64,000 nt of DNA from Octopus sinensis (lineage: Eukaryota): contig NC_043001.1 in the NCBI RefSeq assembly GCF_006345805.1, positions 117,490,001 through 117,554,000 of the forward strand, in the 5' to 3' direction. How positions within the stretch are numbered: position 1 is the first letter of the stretch; every line of letters starts with the position of its first letter. This document shows positions 38,018 through 53,649 of the stretch, piece after piece. The notes beneath the pieces are model-generated. The model saw only the letters and a program-made list of their open reading frames with translations, had not been told where the DNA came from and did not search any database. A program made the translations under genes and the position numbers.

Positions 38018-38678
38018 CCATAATTACTCAACACTATACATACAGTATTACACTACATTAGTACACTACATTAAACAACATTACACTACGCTATACAATA
38101 TTACACATTGAGAAACTTAAGCAAGTGTTAGATAAAGGATGACCTAAAGGTGGATGTAATAGCTACGGATTGGGGATTAGGGAGAGGTAGAGTGACAGAA
38201 AGAGAGTGACGTAGAGGTAGAGATTGGGTAACAATGATCTGCCTGGGAAATGAATAAAGAAATGCATAAATAGATAGATAAATAAAATATCAGAATGAAC
38301 TGTTTTGCCCCTCAAGCCATTGGGTAAGACCTCATTACTGGCGGATAAGTTAATCCAACGTATAGATTGTTAACTAGCCAACCATATAATTGTGATGGTG
38401 GTAGTGGTGGTTGCAGTGTCGGTGATGATGGTAGTGCTGATGAAGATGGTGATGATACTGTTATTGTGTGGGGGATAAATAGAATATTGAAATGTAAGTC
38501 TCGAGATGTTGTATTGTCTTTTCATGCAACATATTTTCGACACTATTTTAATGCGATTCAAGCACAGCGGAAGTAACTTGTAGTGCACAATGGCGTACTG
38601 CAAAATAGAGTACCGTGGTATAGTTATGCAGAGTATTGTTGCAGGGTGTTGTGTAGTAATATGGTGTGGTAATGTTGC

Positions 38679-38848
38679 GAGCGTGGCTGTGTTGTTAAGA
38701 AGATCGCTTTGCAGCCATATGGTTTCGGGGTTCAGTCGCACATCGCAACAATAAACATTGGGGTCGATTCGTTCGATTAAAACCCTTCAAAGTGGTGCCC
38801 CGGCGTAGTCGTAGTCCAGTGACTGAAACAAGTAAAAGATAAAAGAAA
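38679..38848 (+). mobile_element. Internally deleted SINE (family of 53885-54285)
   Basis: Head GCGTGGCTGTGTTGTTAAGAAG...GGTTCAGTC joined to tail TGACTGAAACAAGTAAAAGA. Confidence 0.65.
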
Positions 38849-38929
38849 GCGTAGTGATGTTGTAGACTGGAGGGCAGTGTACTGATGTTGTGTAATGCTG
38901 GGCAGCTTATTAATGTACTCTAATACATA

Positions 38930-41030
38930 ATACAACTTTGTATAGCATTACACTTACATTACTACGTAACATATATCATTACACTTACATTACTACCTTA
39001 CACTGTATAGCATTACACTTACATTACTACACAACATTGTATAGCATTAAATTTACATTATCACACTGCATTATATAACATTGCACTTACATTACTATAC
39101 TGCACAGCCTTGCACTTACATTGTTACACAACAATATATACCATTACACTTACATCACTTACATTACACAGTAGAGCGTTATACTTACATTACTACATTA
39201 AACTGTATAGTATTACACTTACATTGCGACGCTACACTAAAAAGTATTACCCTACATTACTACACTGTACAGCATTACACTTACATTACTACACTATTTT
39301 GTATAGCATTACAATTAAATTACTACATTACTCTATATAATATCACAGTTACTATAAGCATTAAATAGTGCACTATTACACTGCACTATAAGCATTACAC
39401 TTACATTACTACGTTGCACTGTATAGCATTACACTTACATTACTACGTTACACTGTATAGCATTACACTTACATTACTGCGTTACACTGTATAGCATTAC
39501 ACTTACATTACTGCGTTGCACTGTATAGCATTACACTTACATTACTACGTTACACTGTATAGCATTACACTTACATTACTACGTTACACTGTATAGCATT
39601 ACACTTACATTACTACGTTACACTGTATAGCATTACACTTACATTACTGCGTTACACTGTATAGCATTACACTTACATTACTGCGTTGCACTGTATAGCA
39701 TTACACTTACATTACTGCGTTGCACTGTATAGCATTACACTTACATTACTACGTTACACTGTATAGCATTACACTTACATTACTGCGTTGCATTGCTTTG
39801 TATAGCATTACACTTCATACTGCGTTGCACTGTATAGCATTACACTTACATTACTGCGTTGCACTGTATAGCATTACACTTACATTACTGCGTTGCACTG
39901 TATAGCATTACACTTACATTACTGCGTTGCACTGTATAGCATTACACTTACATTACTGCGTTGCACTGTATAGCATTACACTTACATTACTGCGCTGCAC
40001 TGTATAGCATTACACTTACATTACTGCGCTGCACTGTATAGCATTACACTTACATTACTGCGTTGCACTGTATAGCATTACACTTACATTACTGCGTTGC
40101 ACTGTATAGCATTACACTTACATTACTGCGTTGCACTGTATAGCATTACACTTACATTACTGCGTTGCACTGTAGCATTACACTTACATTACTGCGTTGC
40201 ACTGTATAGCATTACACTTACATTACTGCGCTGCACTGTATAGCATTACCTTACATTACTGCGCTGCACTGTATAGCATTACACTTACACATTACTGCTT
40301 TGTATAGCTTACACTTACTGCGTCGTTGCACTGTATAGCATTACACTTACATACATTACTGCGTTGCGCTGCACTGTATAGCATACACTTACATTACTGC
40401 GCTGCACTGTATAGCATTACACTTACATTACTGCGCTGCACTGTATAGCATTACACTTTAACTACTGCCTTACACTAGTCGTTAGCACTTACACTTACAT
40501 TACTGCGTTGCACTGTATAGCATTACACCTTACATTACTGCGTTGCACTGTATAGCATTACACTTACATTACTGCGTTGCACTGTGTAGCATACACTTAT
40601 TACATTACTGCGCTTGCACTGTATAGCATTACACTTACATTACTGCGCTGCACTGTATAGCATTACACTTACATTACTGCGCTGCACTGTATAGCATTAC
40701 ACTTACATTACTGCGCTGGTAGCACTGTATTAGCATTACACTTACATTACTGCGCTGCACTGTATAGCATTACACTTACATTACTGCGCTGCACTGTATA
40801 GCATTACACTTACATTACTGCGTTGCACTGTATAGCATTACACTTACATTACTGCGTTACACTGTATAGCATTACACTTACATTACTGCGTTGCACTGTA
40901 TAGCATTACACTTACATTACTGCGTTGCACTGTATAGCATTACACTTACATTACTGCGTTGCACTGTATAGCATTACACTTACATTACTACGTTACACTG
41001 TATAGCATTACACTTACATTATTACACTTC
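38930..41030. repeat. 34-bp minisatellite, roughly 60 units
   Basis: Unit TACACTTACATTACTGCGTTGCACTGTATAGCAT, with variants CTACGTTACAC and CTGCGCTGCAC. Confidence 0.97.
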
Positions 41031-41340
41031 ACTATAATGAGCTACACACACATTACTACAATATATAGTACTACACTATATTACTATGCAACACAACATT
41101 TCACTGCATTACTATACCATACTACGCTACAATATTCTACGCCATAGTACACTATGACTTACTCGAATTACTCAGAAATAGGGTAAAAAATGTTACATAA
41201 AGTAAAGGACAATAATATATAGGGGCTATCAAATCGCAATATTATATTTATCCCTAAGAATAACATCACCACCATCAGGAACACCGCCTCCTCAACCAAC
41301 ATCATCACCTATCACCTACCAACACCACCAACACAACTAC

Positions 41341-41652
41341 CACCACCACAACTACCACTACCATCAACACTACCATCTCCTCCTCCTCCTCCTCCTACTA
41401 CAACTACTACTACTACTCTTCCTCCTCTTCCACCTCCCCGTTTTCCTCCTTCTCCTCCACATCCTCCTCCTCCTCCACCTCCTCCTCCTCCTCCACCTCC
41501 TCCTCATACTACTACTACTACTACTACTACTACTCTTCCTCCTCTTCCACCTCCCCGTCTTCCTCCCCCTCCTCCTCCTCCTACTACTACTACTGCTACT
41601 ACTACTACTACTACTCTTCCTCCTCTTCCACCTCCCCGTCTTCCTCCTCCTC

Positions 41653-41688
<36 letters not shown>

Positions 41689-41691
41689 TTC

Positions 41692-41733
<42 letters not shown>

Positions 41734-41735
41734 CA
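41341..41735. repeat. (CTA)/(CTC) low-complexity region with a higher-order unit repeated three times
   Basis: (CTA)n-CTCTTCCTCCTCTTCCACCTCCCCGT recurs near 41415, 41530 and 41612. Confidence 0.85.
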
Positions 41736-42194
41736 ATACCACATCATCACCATCATCATCAACATCGGCCCCCATCACGATTATATGGATGGCTGGCTAG
41801 CAATCTAGGTGTTGGATTAACTTATCCGCCAGTATTAAGGTGTTGCCCAAGGGCCTGAGGGGGGGGGGAATAGTTCGTTCTGATATTTTATTTATTTATT
41901 TATTTATTTATTTATTTCCTATGGCAGATGTTTGTCACTCACCCTCTACCTCTACGCCACTCTCTCTCTACCACTCTATCTTTTACTATTCGTCAGCCCC
42001 TAGTTCTTACATCCCACTCTCCCCTCCCCCCTCCACTCTTTATCTAACACTTGTTTTAGTTTCTCATTCCAACTTTCATTTTCTTCATTTTCTTTCTTAA
42101 CATTGTCCACTTTCTCTCTTTCGAAATCACTCTCCTTCTCTCACCCTTTCAGCATTTCTCTACCCCTCTGTATCTCTTTCCTCCAGGTCTTATC

Positions 42195-42201
42195 TATCTA
42201 A

Positions 42202-42270
<69 letters not shown>

Positions 42271-42384
42271 CATCTATCTATCTATCTATCTCTCTATCTG
42301 TCTATCTATCTATCTCTCTATCTCTCTATCTGTCTATCTATCTATCTCTCTATCTCTCTATCTGTCTGTCTATCTATCTATCTC

Positions 42385-42455
<71 letters not shown>
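42195..42455. repeat. (TATC)n microsatellite
   Basis: Direct reading. Confidence 0.95.
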
Positions 42456-42459
<4 letters not shown>

Positions 42460-42644
42460 ATCTACTTTGTCCAACCAATTTTTTCGCTCTACTGTTTACT
42501 CACTCATCACCAGGCCCAGGTCGGCTTATAACTTCTGTCCTTATCTTAAGCCTTAGCTGTTACAAAAACATTACACACACACACACACACACACACACAA
42601 ATACATACACACACATGCACGCAGAAACAGATAGACGCACACAT

Positions 42645-42709
<65 letters not shown>

Positions 42710-42758
42710 CATACATACATACATACAAACATACAAACATACATACATACATACATAT

Positions 42759-42839
<81 letters not shown>

Positions 42840-42934
42840 GAAAGAGTAAGACAACAAAAGAATGAAAGAGACCTCGATATTATGTAAATAGAAGAATCTG
42901 TAAGTATAATATGTGACAATTATTCGGTAGCCAT

Positions 42935-42994
42935 GATAAAACTCCGAGTTTCGGATGTCGGGGCGGAAACCCAGCCGCCATCTCTTCAGTTATC
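42935..42994 (-). ncRNA. Candidate minimal type I hammerhead ribozyme
   Basis: Minus strand: GATAA-CTGAAGA-GATG[GCGG CTGGGTTT CCGC CCCGA]CATC-C-GAAA-CTC G GAG-TT-TTATC; one unpaired C before GAAA. Confidence 0.6.
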
Positions 42995-43302
42995 GGGTCA
43001 TCGAAAAAAGTGCTATGAAAATGACCGTTAAACAAAGGGAAATTACTTTGTGACTGACCGTTATTAAGACAAAGGAGCTATTCGAATGACCGCTAAGTGA
43101 AGGGAGGGAGTAAAGGTAAGGGAGTAAAAATGTTCGTAGTATTCGCGTAAGCGCGCATGTCCATACACACACATGTGCGCCCGCACACCCACGTACATGC
43201 GCCTATAAGTATATACTCATCTACCCTCACTCGAAACACACAAATGCTCGCCCACACATTCGCCAAAAAAATATATATGCATACCCGCATACACGCGCGC
43301 AC

Positions 43303-43850
43303 AAAAAAGGTTCATACACATGTCTATATACGCACATGCACAACGGGGCTAAAGGCAAAAACAGGAAAACGCGTAAAAAAGGTGTAAAGAAATAAGCAAT
43401 AAGAGTAAAAGACGTCTGTATACGCACATACTAGTATGCACACACACACACACACACGTCTATATACGCACACACCCACACGCGCTCAAAAAAGGTTCAT
43501 ACACATGTCTATATACGCACATGCACAACGGGGCTAAAGGCAAAAACAGGAAAACGCGTAAAAAAGGTGTAAAGAAATAAGCAATAAGAGTAAAAGACGT
43601 CTGTATACGCACATACTAGTATGCACACACACACACACACACACGTCTATATACGCACACACCCACACGCGCTCAAAAAAGGTTCATACGCACGTCTAAA
43701 TACACACATGCACAAGAAAAAACAGGGCTAAAAGCAAAATACAGAAAAATGTGTAAAAAAGGTGTAAAAAAATAAGCAATAAGAGTAAAACACGTCTATA
43801 TACGCACAAACTCGTATACACGCACACACACACACACGTCTAAATACACA
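43303..43850. repeat. ~186-bp tandem repeat, about 3 copies
   Basis: AAAAAAGGTTCATAC at about 43303, 43488 and 43675; the unit contains a variable (CA)n. Confidence 0.9.
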
Positions 43851-44079
43851 CATACCCGCACATAGGCACACTTCCGCACGCGCGCACAAAAGATTCCATA
43901 TATATGTCTATATACGCACAGGAAAAACTGCAGGGTGGAAGGCAGAATACAGTAAAAATATGCGTAAAAAATATTAGCAATAAACCTATAAAACAATATC
44001 TCTATAAGTATGTAAAAATATATATATATAAAAATATAAGAAATATAAGTAGAAAGTATAGAGAGATAAAAAGTTTATA

Positions 44080-44414
44080 CGTGGACACAATATAGAAAGC
44101 AAGTCCTATCTGTAATTTCGGGGAGGGGGGGCAAAAACGTAACAAATATTTAGCCACGTATGGACATGATCCGAAAAGTTCAGTTCTTGAATTTAGACAT
44201 GTGGCGAAGTCTAAGCTGCTTTTCCCGATGAGCCATCTTTCCATATCACAAGACCGCACTTTCCACTGCCGTTGGTGTAGGGCTTACACTTGGCTAAGAT
44301 CTTCCGATGGATGTTGTAACTGATGCCTTTATCTTTTAGGGACCATATATGAATGGATACTTTGGTCGTTTTCCTTTTATCCCAGTGCCTGAAGCTCATG
44401 GTGTGATTATTGAC
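44080..44414 (-). mobile_element. Inverted copy of the 3' end of the Penelope-like element at 44965-46090
   Basis: Reverse complement aligns to ~45750-46085 (SFRHWDKRK...KILAKCKPYTNGSGKC...LNSRTELFGSCP), about 90% identical by eye. Confidence 0.9.
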
Positions 44415-44964
44415 GTATACTTCGCCATATTGAGACCCATATTGGAGTACGGGATTCAAGCCTCTTCTCCTTATCTCCTCAAAGACATACAGCATCTCGA
44501 AAGAGTCCAGAAGCTGGCTACCCGCATGGTTCATGGTCTCAAAAATGTGTCCTATGAAGAAAGGTTGAGGACGCTCGACCTTTATTCTCTAGAAAAACGC
44601 CGCCGCCGTGGTGATCTCATTCTCGCCCACAACATCATAAGCGGAAAGTGTAACCTCTCGAAAGAGCTGTTCTTCACTCCTGCTCCAGAGCGTCGTCTGC
44701 GGGGTCATTCCGAAAAGCTCTACCTGCGACGATTTCATCTCAATCGAAGGAGAGGAGCTTTCTCCGTCCGGGTTGCGGATCCGTGGAACAAGCTGCCAGA
44801 CGAGATGGTGAAGATGCTGACGACCGCTTTGTTCAAAGCCTCCCTTGACCTCAAGTGGCCTGAACTCTTTACATGAACACCACCCTGTACTTAACTCCAT
44901 GTCCCCCTACATGGCCTTGCTATTTGCTTTTGAGCCAAATTAACTAACTAACTAACTAACTAAC
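44415..44964 (+). mobile_element. 5'-truncated CR1-type LINE 3' end with (CTAA)n tail
   Basis: LRPILEYG..SPYLLKDIQHLERVQKLATRMVHGL...YEERLRTLDLYSLEKRRRRGDLI...LRGHSEKL...FSVRVADPWNKLP; (TAAC)6 at 44941-44964. Confidence 0.92.
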
Positions 44965-46090
44965 ATTTATAAAGATGATGCCCTCGCCTTAACCGCAAAT
45001 ACCAATGGACCAGCACAGGATCGGTTTAGGAAGGACATTATCCATTTGATGAAAACTTTCGGTCTTAGCATAACTACAGACACGAACCTAACGGTTGTCA
45101 ATTTCCTAGATGTATCCTTAAATCTAAACAAGAATATAAACCTTATAAGAAGCCCAACGATAGACTTAGTTATATTAATATGGGTTCCTGCCATCCCACC
45201 CTAGTGTTTAAAAATTTAGTTAAAATCATTAGCAAAAGAATTTCTAGCCTCTCCTCCGATAGGGACATTTTAAATAGTGTTGCCCCAATATATAATAAGG
45301 CTCTAAAAGATAGTGGTTTTAGCGAAGAAATAACCTATACACCTGACACCAGTCCAATAATAAAGAAGAAGAAACATAGGAATAGGAAAGCTATATGGTT
45401 CACACACCCCTACTCACCTGAAGTGACCTTTAATATAGGCAAGTGTTTCTTAGTACTGATAAATAGTCATTTTCCAGTCAACCATAGTTACAGAAAGCTC
45501 TTCAATAGGCATAACTTAAAAATCAGTTTCAGCTCAACTACTAATTTTAAAAATATAATAGCACGCAACAAACAAAAACCACAATATGAAATCAGCTGTT
45601 CATGCAGGGATAAAAATTTGTGCCCGCTAAATGGAGCTTGCATGTCCGAGACCATCATTTATGAAGCCACCGTGGACTCTATATCCACTAAGGACAGGGT
45701 TTCGACGAAGAAATACGTGGGCCTTACAGAGGGTAATTTCAAGGACAGGTTCAATAATCAAGCATTGAGCTTCAGGCACTGGGATAAAAGAAAAATAACC
45801 AAATTATCCAGTCTTATATGCTCCTTAAAAGATAAAGGCGTCAGTTACAACATCCATTGGAAGATCTTAGCCAAGCGTAAGCCCTACACCAACGACAGTG
45901 GAAAGTGCGGTTTTGTGATATGGAAAGATGGCTCATCGGGAAAAGCAGCTTAGACTTCACTACATGTCTAAGTTCAAGAACTGAACTTTTCGGGTCATGT
46001 CCATATGTGGGTAAATAAATATTTGTTACGTTTTTGGTAACGTGAGATTACAGATAGGACTTGCTTTCTATATTGTGTCCACGTACAAAC
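44965..46090 (+). mobile_element. Penelope-like element, 5'-truncated (RT C-part + GIY-YIG)
   Basis: LYKDDALAL...VVNFLDVSLNL; ORF 45180-45953 with IWFTHPY, CSCRDKNLCPLNGAC, IIYEATV, KYVGLTEGNFKDRFNN. Confidence 0.92.
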
Positions 46091-46107
46091 TATATATATA
46101 TATATAT

Positions 46108-46197
<90 letters not shown>

Positions 46198-46339
46198 AAA
46201 TGGATAAATGAATTATCTTGTTACGGATTATTCAAGTGAAAACCGATACCTGGGTAGCAAAAATCACAACAGAAAAAACACGGTTGAGGTTACGACCATG
46301 GGGTCTCAAAACCGTGCCTTAGTGCGGAAATTTGAAGTT

Positions 46340-46518
46340 TATATATTTAGTGTAGGAAGAAATGGAGCTGAACGAAGATTTAATCAAATTCCTTTTTATT
46401 ATTTTCTACATATGTTTCAAAGGCCGCAATTAGGGACTTTGCGGCCTTTGAAACATGTGTAGAAAATAATAAAAAGGAATTTGGTTAAATCTTCGTTCAG
46501 CTCCATTTCTTCCTACAC

Positions 46519-46528
<10 letters not shown>
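46340..46528. repeat. 189-bp near-perfect palindrome (90-bp arms, 9-nt loop)
   Basis: Left arm 46340-46429, loop TTAGGGACT, right arm 46439-46528; 2 mismatches. Confidence 0.95.
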
Positions 46529-46593
<65 letters not shown>

Positions 46594-46710
46594 GCACATA
46601 TATATATACACATACATACATATATGTATGTATATATGTATATACACCTGTCTTCGTCTATTGTTTTTCTGTAAATTTCAACTATATACATACACACACA
46701 CACACACACA

Positions 46711-46764
<54 letters not shown>

Positions 46765-46942
46765 ATATATATATAATATATATATAATATATATATATTA
46801 TATATATATATATATATATATGTAAAGAGACAGAGAGAGCTGCATATATATATTTACATACATAATCACATGTATGTATATGAATATATTTATACATCTA
46901 TATGTATGCATGCATGCATATTTACATATATATATACATGCG

Positions 46943-46974
<32 letters not shown>

Positions 46975-47904
46975 TAATATATATATATGCCTATATACAT
47001 ACGTATATGTGCATACTTACATCTATACCTATATATACGTGTACAACAAAGAAATACGAAATACGAGTACAGGGAATATGAACTATTGTTTTCGAACAAC
47101 TAAAGACACAAATGGAAAACAAGACAAACGACACAAAGAACGACTCTTCATCAGTTGTTGGCTGATTTTCTACTTTCGTATTTCGAGCATTTAACAACAA
47201 TATACACTTTCGATAAAACAGTTGCTCCTGCAAAGGAAATTAAATAAATTTGGGATTTTGCGAGGGGTCAAAATTGGTAACACAAACAGGACAGCGAAAA
47301 CAAACAGGAAGGGCTGCTAAGCTTAAAGGAGGTTGTGGTGGCGAACGCGTAAATCAAGCTTGGACAAGAGACAGACAAGAACACATACATGCATACATGC
47401 ACACACGCATACATACATACATGCGTACATACATACATACATACAAACATACATACATACATGCGTACATACATACATACAAACATACATGCATGCATGC
47501 ATACATACATACTTTATGTATGTATGTATGTATGTATGTACGTATGTATATATGTGTAAATTTACATGCATAAACACATTCATACATATGTGTAGAAATA
47601 ACAAGAATTTGCATAGACGTATATATGTATATGTTTCGGTAACATAATTGCTGAGACGAGTGCGTGTGTGATTTTTATTATACTTGTGTTATTTTTTCTA
47701 ATTTAAGCTTCCATTTTTGAGTGGAACACCCCAGGAAATATATAAGCTTTTTCAATGGTCTTCAATTTTTATATAAAACTACTCCATCGACACGCACGTT
47801 GTGCACGTTGGTTAATAGCGTGTGTTCGTATGTGTGTAGATGTGCATGTGTGTGCTTGTATGTGTGCATGTGTGTGTAAATATGAGTGATTGTGTGAGTG
47901 TGTG

Positions 47905-47946
<42 letters not shown>

Positions 47947-49260
47947 CGTGTAGGAAGGTGACACACATCCATACACATATATGTACACACAGGCACACGT
48001 GCACGCAAATATTGATATCTTACAATGACAGACTCCTGTCGATCCATGCTATGTATACCTTCAATGACACTAGGAATGGTTGAGTACTAATCGCCACACA
48101 TCCTATGGCTTATGTTTGGCAACGAGGTCTTCGACTCGAAGAAGTAGCCCTTCTGTGTCTATGTTAAGCATTCTGGGGAAAAAATTCTTTATCCTATTTA
48201 TATTACCTCTCGTTAATTTAATTTTAAAAATTGAAAGTCTGTAAAACGACAAAATTAACATATTTAAATGATGTCTATGCCGAATGCGTAATATTGAGAT
48301 TGACAATAGACCCAGTTCTTAAAGGAGTAGAAGGATAAATAAGAAAAGAGAAGAAATAAGAAAATAGAAAATACTTCCACTGAAAACTGTCATGTGGGTG
48401 TGACACTAACATGGATTAAAGGGGTTTCGGTTATTTGAAAAAAGAAATACATAAATTATCTCATAAGTTATTATGTTGAGTGCTCCGCACTTTGATATGT
48501 GAAATGTGCTTCATAACTATATATCCCTATATCTGTGTGTGTACACACACATACATGTATATTTTTATGTATGTATGTATGTATGTATGTATGTATGTAT
48601 GTATGTATGTATGTATGTATGCATGCATGTATACGTATATATAGCAAAAATTTAAATTCAGATGAATTAGGTACTTAAGTTGAGACACCAGAATTTAGTA
48701 CAATATTATCCGTACAGTTTCAAAGTAAGGTAATTAAAATCAAAATAAGCAACAGGATATCCAGAGGTAATGCGGTACGATCGTTTCAAGTGACTCCATT
48801 TAATTGAACAATGCAACCATTACGTCAGTTTAAATGCAGAGCAATCCTCAGCTGCCTAAATACATAGAATTAAATTAAATTAAATTAAAACAGATGGACA
48901 CATTAGTATAATTTTACCTAAAACATCCAAGAAGTCAAGGAGATAGACAAAGATCATGCTGTCTTCACCTCAGCTTGGAAGCTACTAAGGTATCAGGAAG
49001 AAAGACTTGTTAGAGATCTAGCTTGTCACTGTTTTTTGGGGGTCAGTTTTAATTTATAGTCTTGCTTATCAAATCTTTGCATATCAAAATCTAAAGGCCA
49101 AGGAACAAGGAGCAGTGTCTCTTAGGAAAGGGGCTGAGGAAGTCGACAGAAATCATAGTGGGGATAGTCATAAAACCATCAAGATTCATTTGAAGCAATA
49201 TAATGAGATTTGGTAAAGGAAATCTTAAATCAAGATGTTAGTTATCAATTAAAAGGTTAT

Positions 49261-49296
<36 letters not shown>

Positions 49297-49597
49297 TCAT
49301 TTACTCTTTTACTTGTTTCAGTCATTTGACTGTGGCGATGCTGGAGCACCACCAAATTGACCCCAGGACTTATTCTTTGGAAGCCTAGTGCTTATTCTAT
49401 CGGTTACTTTTGCTGAACCACTAAGTTACGGGGACGTAAACACACCAACTTCGGTTGACAAGTGATGGTGGGGGACAAACACAGGCACACTCACAAATAT
49501 ACACATACACACATATATGTATGTGTATATATATGTATGTATATATATGTATATATACATATATATATACATATATATATATATATGTATATATATG

Positions 49598-49635
<38 letters not shown>

Positions 49636-49822
49636 TATATATATATATATATATAATATATACTACGGGCTTCATTCAGTTTCTGCCTACCAAATTCACT
49701 CACAAGGCTTTGATCAGCCTGAGGCTATAGTAGAAGACACTGGCCGAAGGTGCCACGCAGTGGGACTGAACCCGGAACTATATGGATGGAATGCAAGCTT
49801 CTTACCACACAGCCACGCTGCG
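49297..49822 (-). mobile_element. tRNA-derived SINE with expanded internal (TA)/(CA) tract
   Basis: Tail TTTACTCTTTTACTTGTTTCAGTCA; head CCCACTGCGTGGCAC / CTTACCACACAGCC; family of 53885-54285. Confidence 0.85.
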
Positions 49823-49824
49823 TC

Positions 49825-51810
<1,986 letters not shown>

Positions 51811-51932
51811 CACTCAAGCAAACTGAGTCTTCAATTTGTTCCATTTGACAACTTTATTTTACTGAACTCTCAGTTAGCGTTCACGACAAGAGAATCCATC
51901 CATCCATCCATCCATCCATCCATCCATCCATC

Positions 51933-51991
<59 letters not shown>

Positions 51992-52684
51992 AAATATAGG
52001 GTAGCGAGTTCTTTTAGAAATGTCACTACCAGTGGCTTAGCATGTATAAAAAGTCAAAAGACAACATATTCTTAATATAAAATAGTGTACATTTAAACAC
52101 AAGAGAAACTGCCTTCACCAGGCAGTTTTACACGCTAGAAGTATCCAAAACGACCAAAACCACATTTAAGAGCAATTTTGAAGGGAATGAAAAATAAAAC
52201 TTTTACCTTGTTATTTTATTACTGTCATACCTAGGTTTCAAATTTTTCTAGCAAATAAAATAATTTGCTAGGCGAAATTCTCATCAGTGACCACGTTATA
52301 ACACTAACATATAATTAAGAGACAAATAACACGTGTCTCATCGTTATACATTAGGATTTTTCAAATTCACGTGTTATTTGTTTGTGTTGAAACCGACTCT
52401 TTCTCTATTGGCAAAAAATCTTGAATTTATCTGAATAATGACATACATACATTATATAATATTGGGTTTAAAATAGAAAAAGTCGAAGGCTACTTGTGGG
52501 ACTCAAACCCATATAGTCTGTAAACATGACAGATGTTCCACAATTGTGTCAGAGCAATCCTTCGAATTTCTCTATCAATTTTACCAACGGGAATTGTATA
52601 TTGTTTATATCATACAAATTTTGAAACACCGACGATGAAAAATGTTTCTTTTTTAAAAGCGTGTGTGTGCATATATATACATAT

Positions 52685-52715
<31 letters not shown>

Positions 52716-52956
52716 TATATATTATAATATATATATATATATATATCATATAGCATATTATATCATATTATATTATATTATATTATATTATATTATATTA
52801 TATTACAGAAAGAATTCTAACAATGAAAACTAAAGGAATATTATTTAAGAAAAGTGTGTGGTAAAATTATTACTGAAATAAGATAATATCAGGATAACAA
52901 GAATTAGTGGTTTCGAAATTTGGTACAAAGCTTTCAATCTCGAAAAGGGGGCAAGT

Positions 52957-53155
52957 TGTTTACTTCGAGCCCAGTGCTCAACTGGCACGTATTTTATTTT
53001 ATCAACCCCAGTGCTCAACCGATACTTATTTTATCGACCCCGAAAGAATTTTAGGCAAAGTCGACTTCGTTGGAATTTGAATTCAGACCCTAAAGAGCCA
53101 GACAAGATGTTACTAAACATGTTGTCCTACGCACAAAGGATTTCTGCCGCCTTAG
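52957..53155 (-). mobile_element. SINE (family of 14102-14481), with a small internal duplication
   Basis: CCCAGTGCTCAAC occurs twice, then TTATCGACCCCGAAAG...GGCAAAGTCGAC...GGAATTTGAA. Confidence 0.75.
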
Positions 53156-53649
53156 GATAGCAAGAAATAATACCTGTTTTTCAGTAGTAATGACCTGATA
53201 CACGTGCAGTTACTCGTAGGCTAATTACCTAAGAGATACTATTCGGTGTATCGGCAATTATACTCATCGTTTCTTTGGTTGGTGTAGCGTGTAGCCATTT
53301 TCAAACAAGTCTTGTTGGATTTTTCATAGACATGGCATAAAAAAATAACCAATGTCTCAGAGGAGTGAGTGTCGTAGAGGTTAGTTACATCCCACAAACG
53401 CTAAAGTTTTCCCTAAAATCCAGGGTTTTTATAACTGCTCAACTTGACTTTAAAGAATTGAAATCACATAAGAATATTCTTTAGTTTTCAGAATTCCTAT
53501 ATGAGCAGTTATTTCAACCAATGGGAAAACGACAATCATATTTCTTCGGCAGTACGACAATACGTCATATGAAGATTTCACTGGTATTGTTTTGAACGAT
53601 TCTCTGGTTATGCAACGAAATGATTTTTCTTTGAGAAGGAATTGCAGAA

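Noticed and set aside
40140-40740. Burst of irregular 1-5-nt indels in the minisatellite, and single-base dropouts in the TATG array
   Set aside because: The pattern is typical of unpolished long-read consensus error; not interpretable as biology without reads.
38930-41030. 34-bp repeat array as a CRISPR locus
   Set aside because: Units are contiguous with no unique spacers, there are no cas genes, and the context is eukaryotic.
45180-45953. 257-aa ORF as an intact functional endonuclease gene
   Set aside because: It is the truncated C-terminal part of a Penelope polyprotein with a terminal frameshift; no evidence of domestication in the sequence.
48040-48306. Minus-strand ORF remnant (RIKNFFPRMLNIDTEGLLL) as a DNA transposase piece
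   Set aside because: No catalytic motif or terminal repeat that I can identify.
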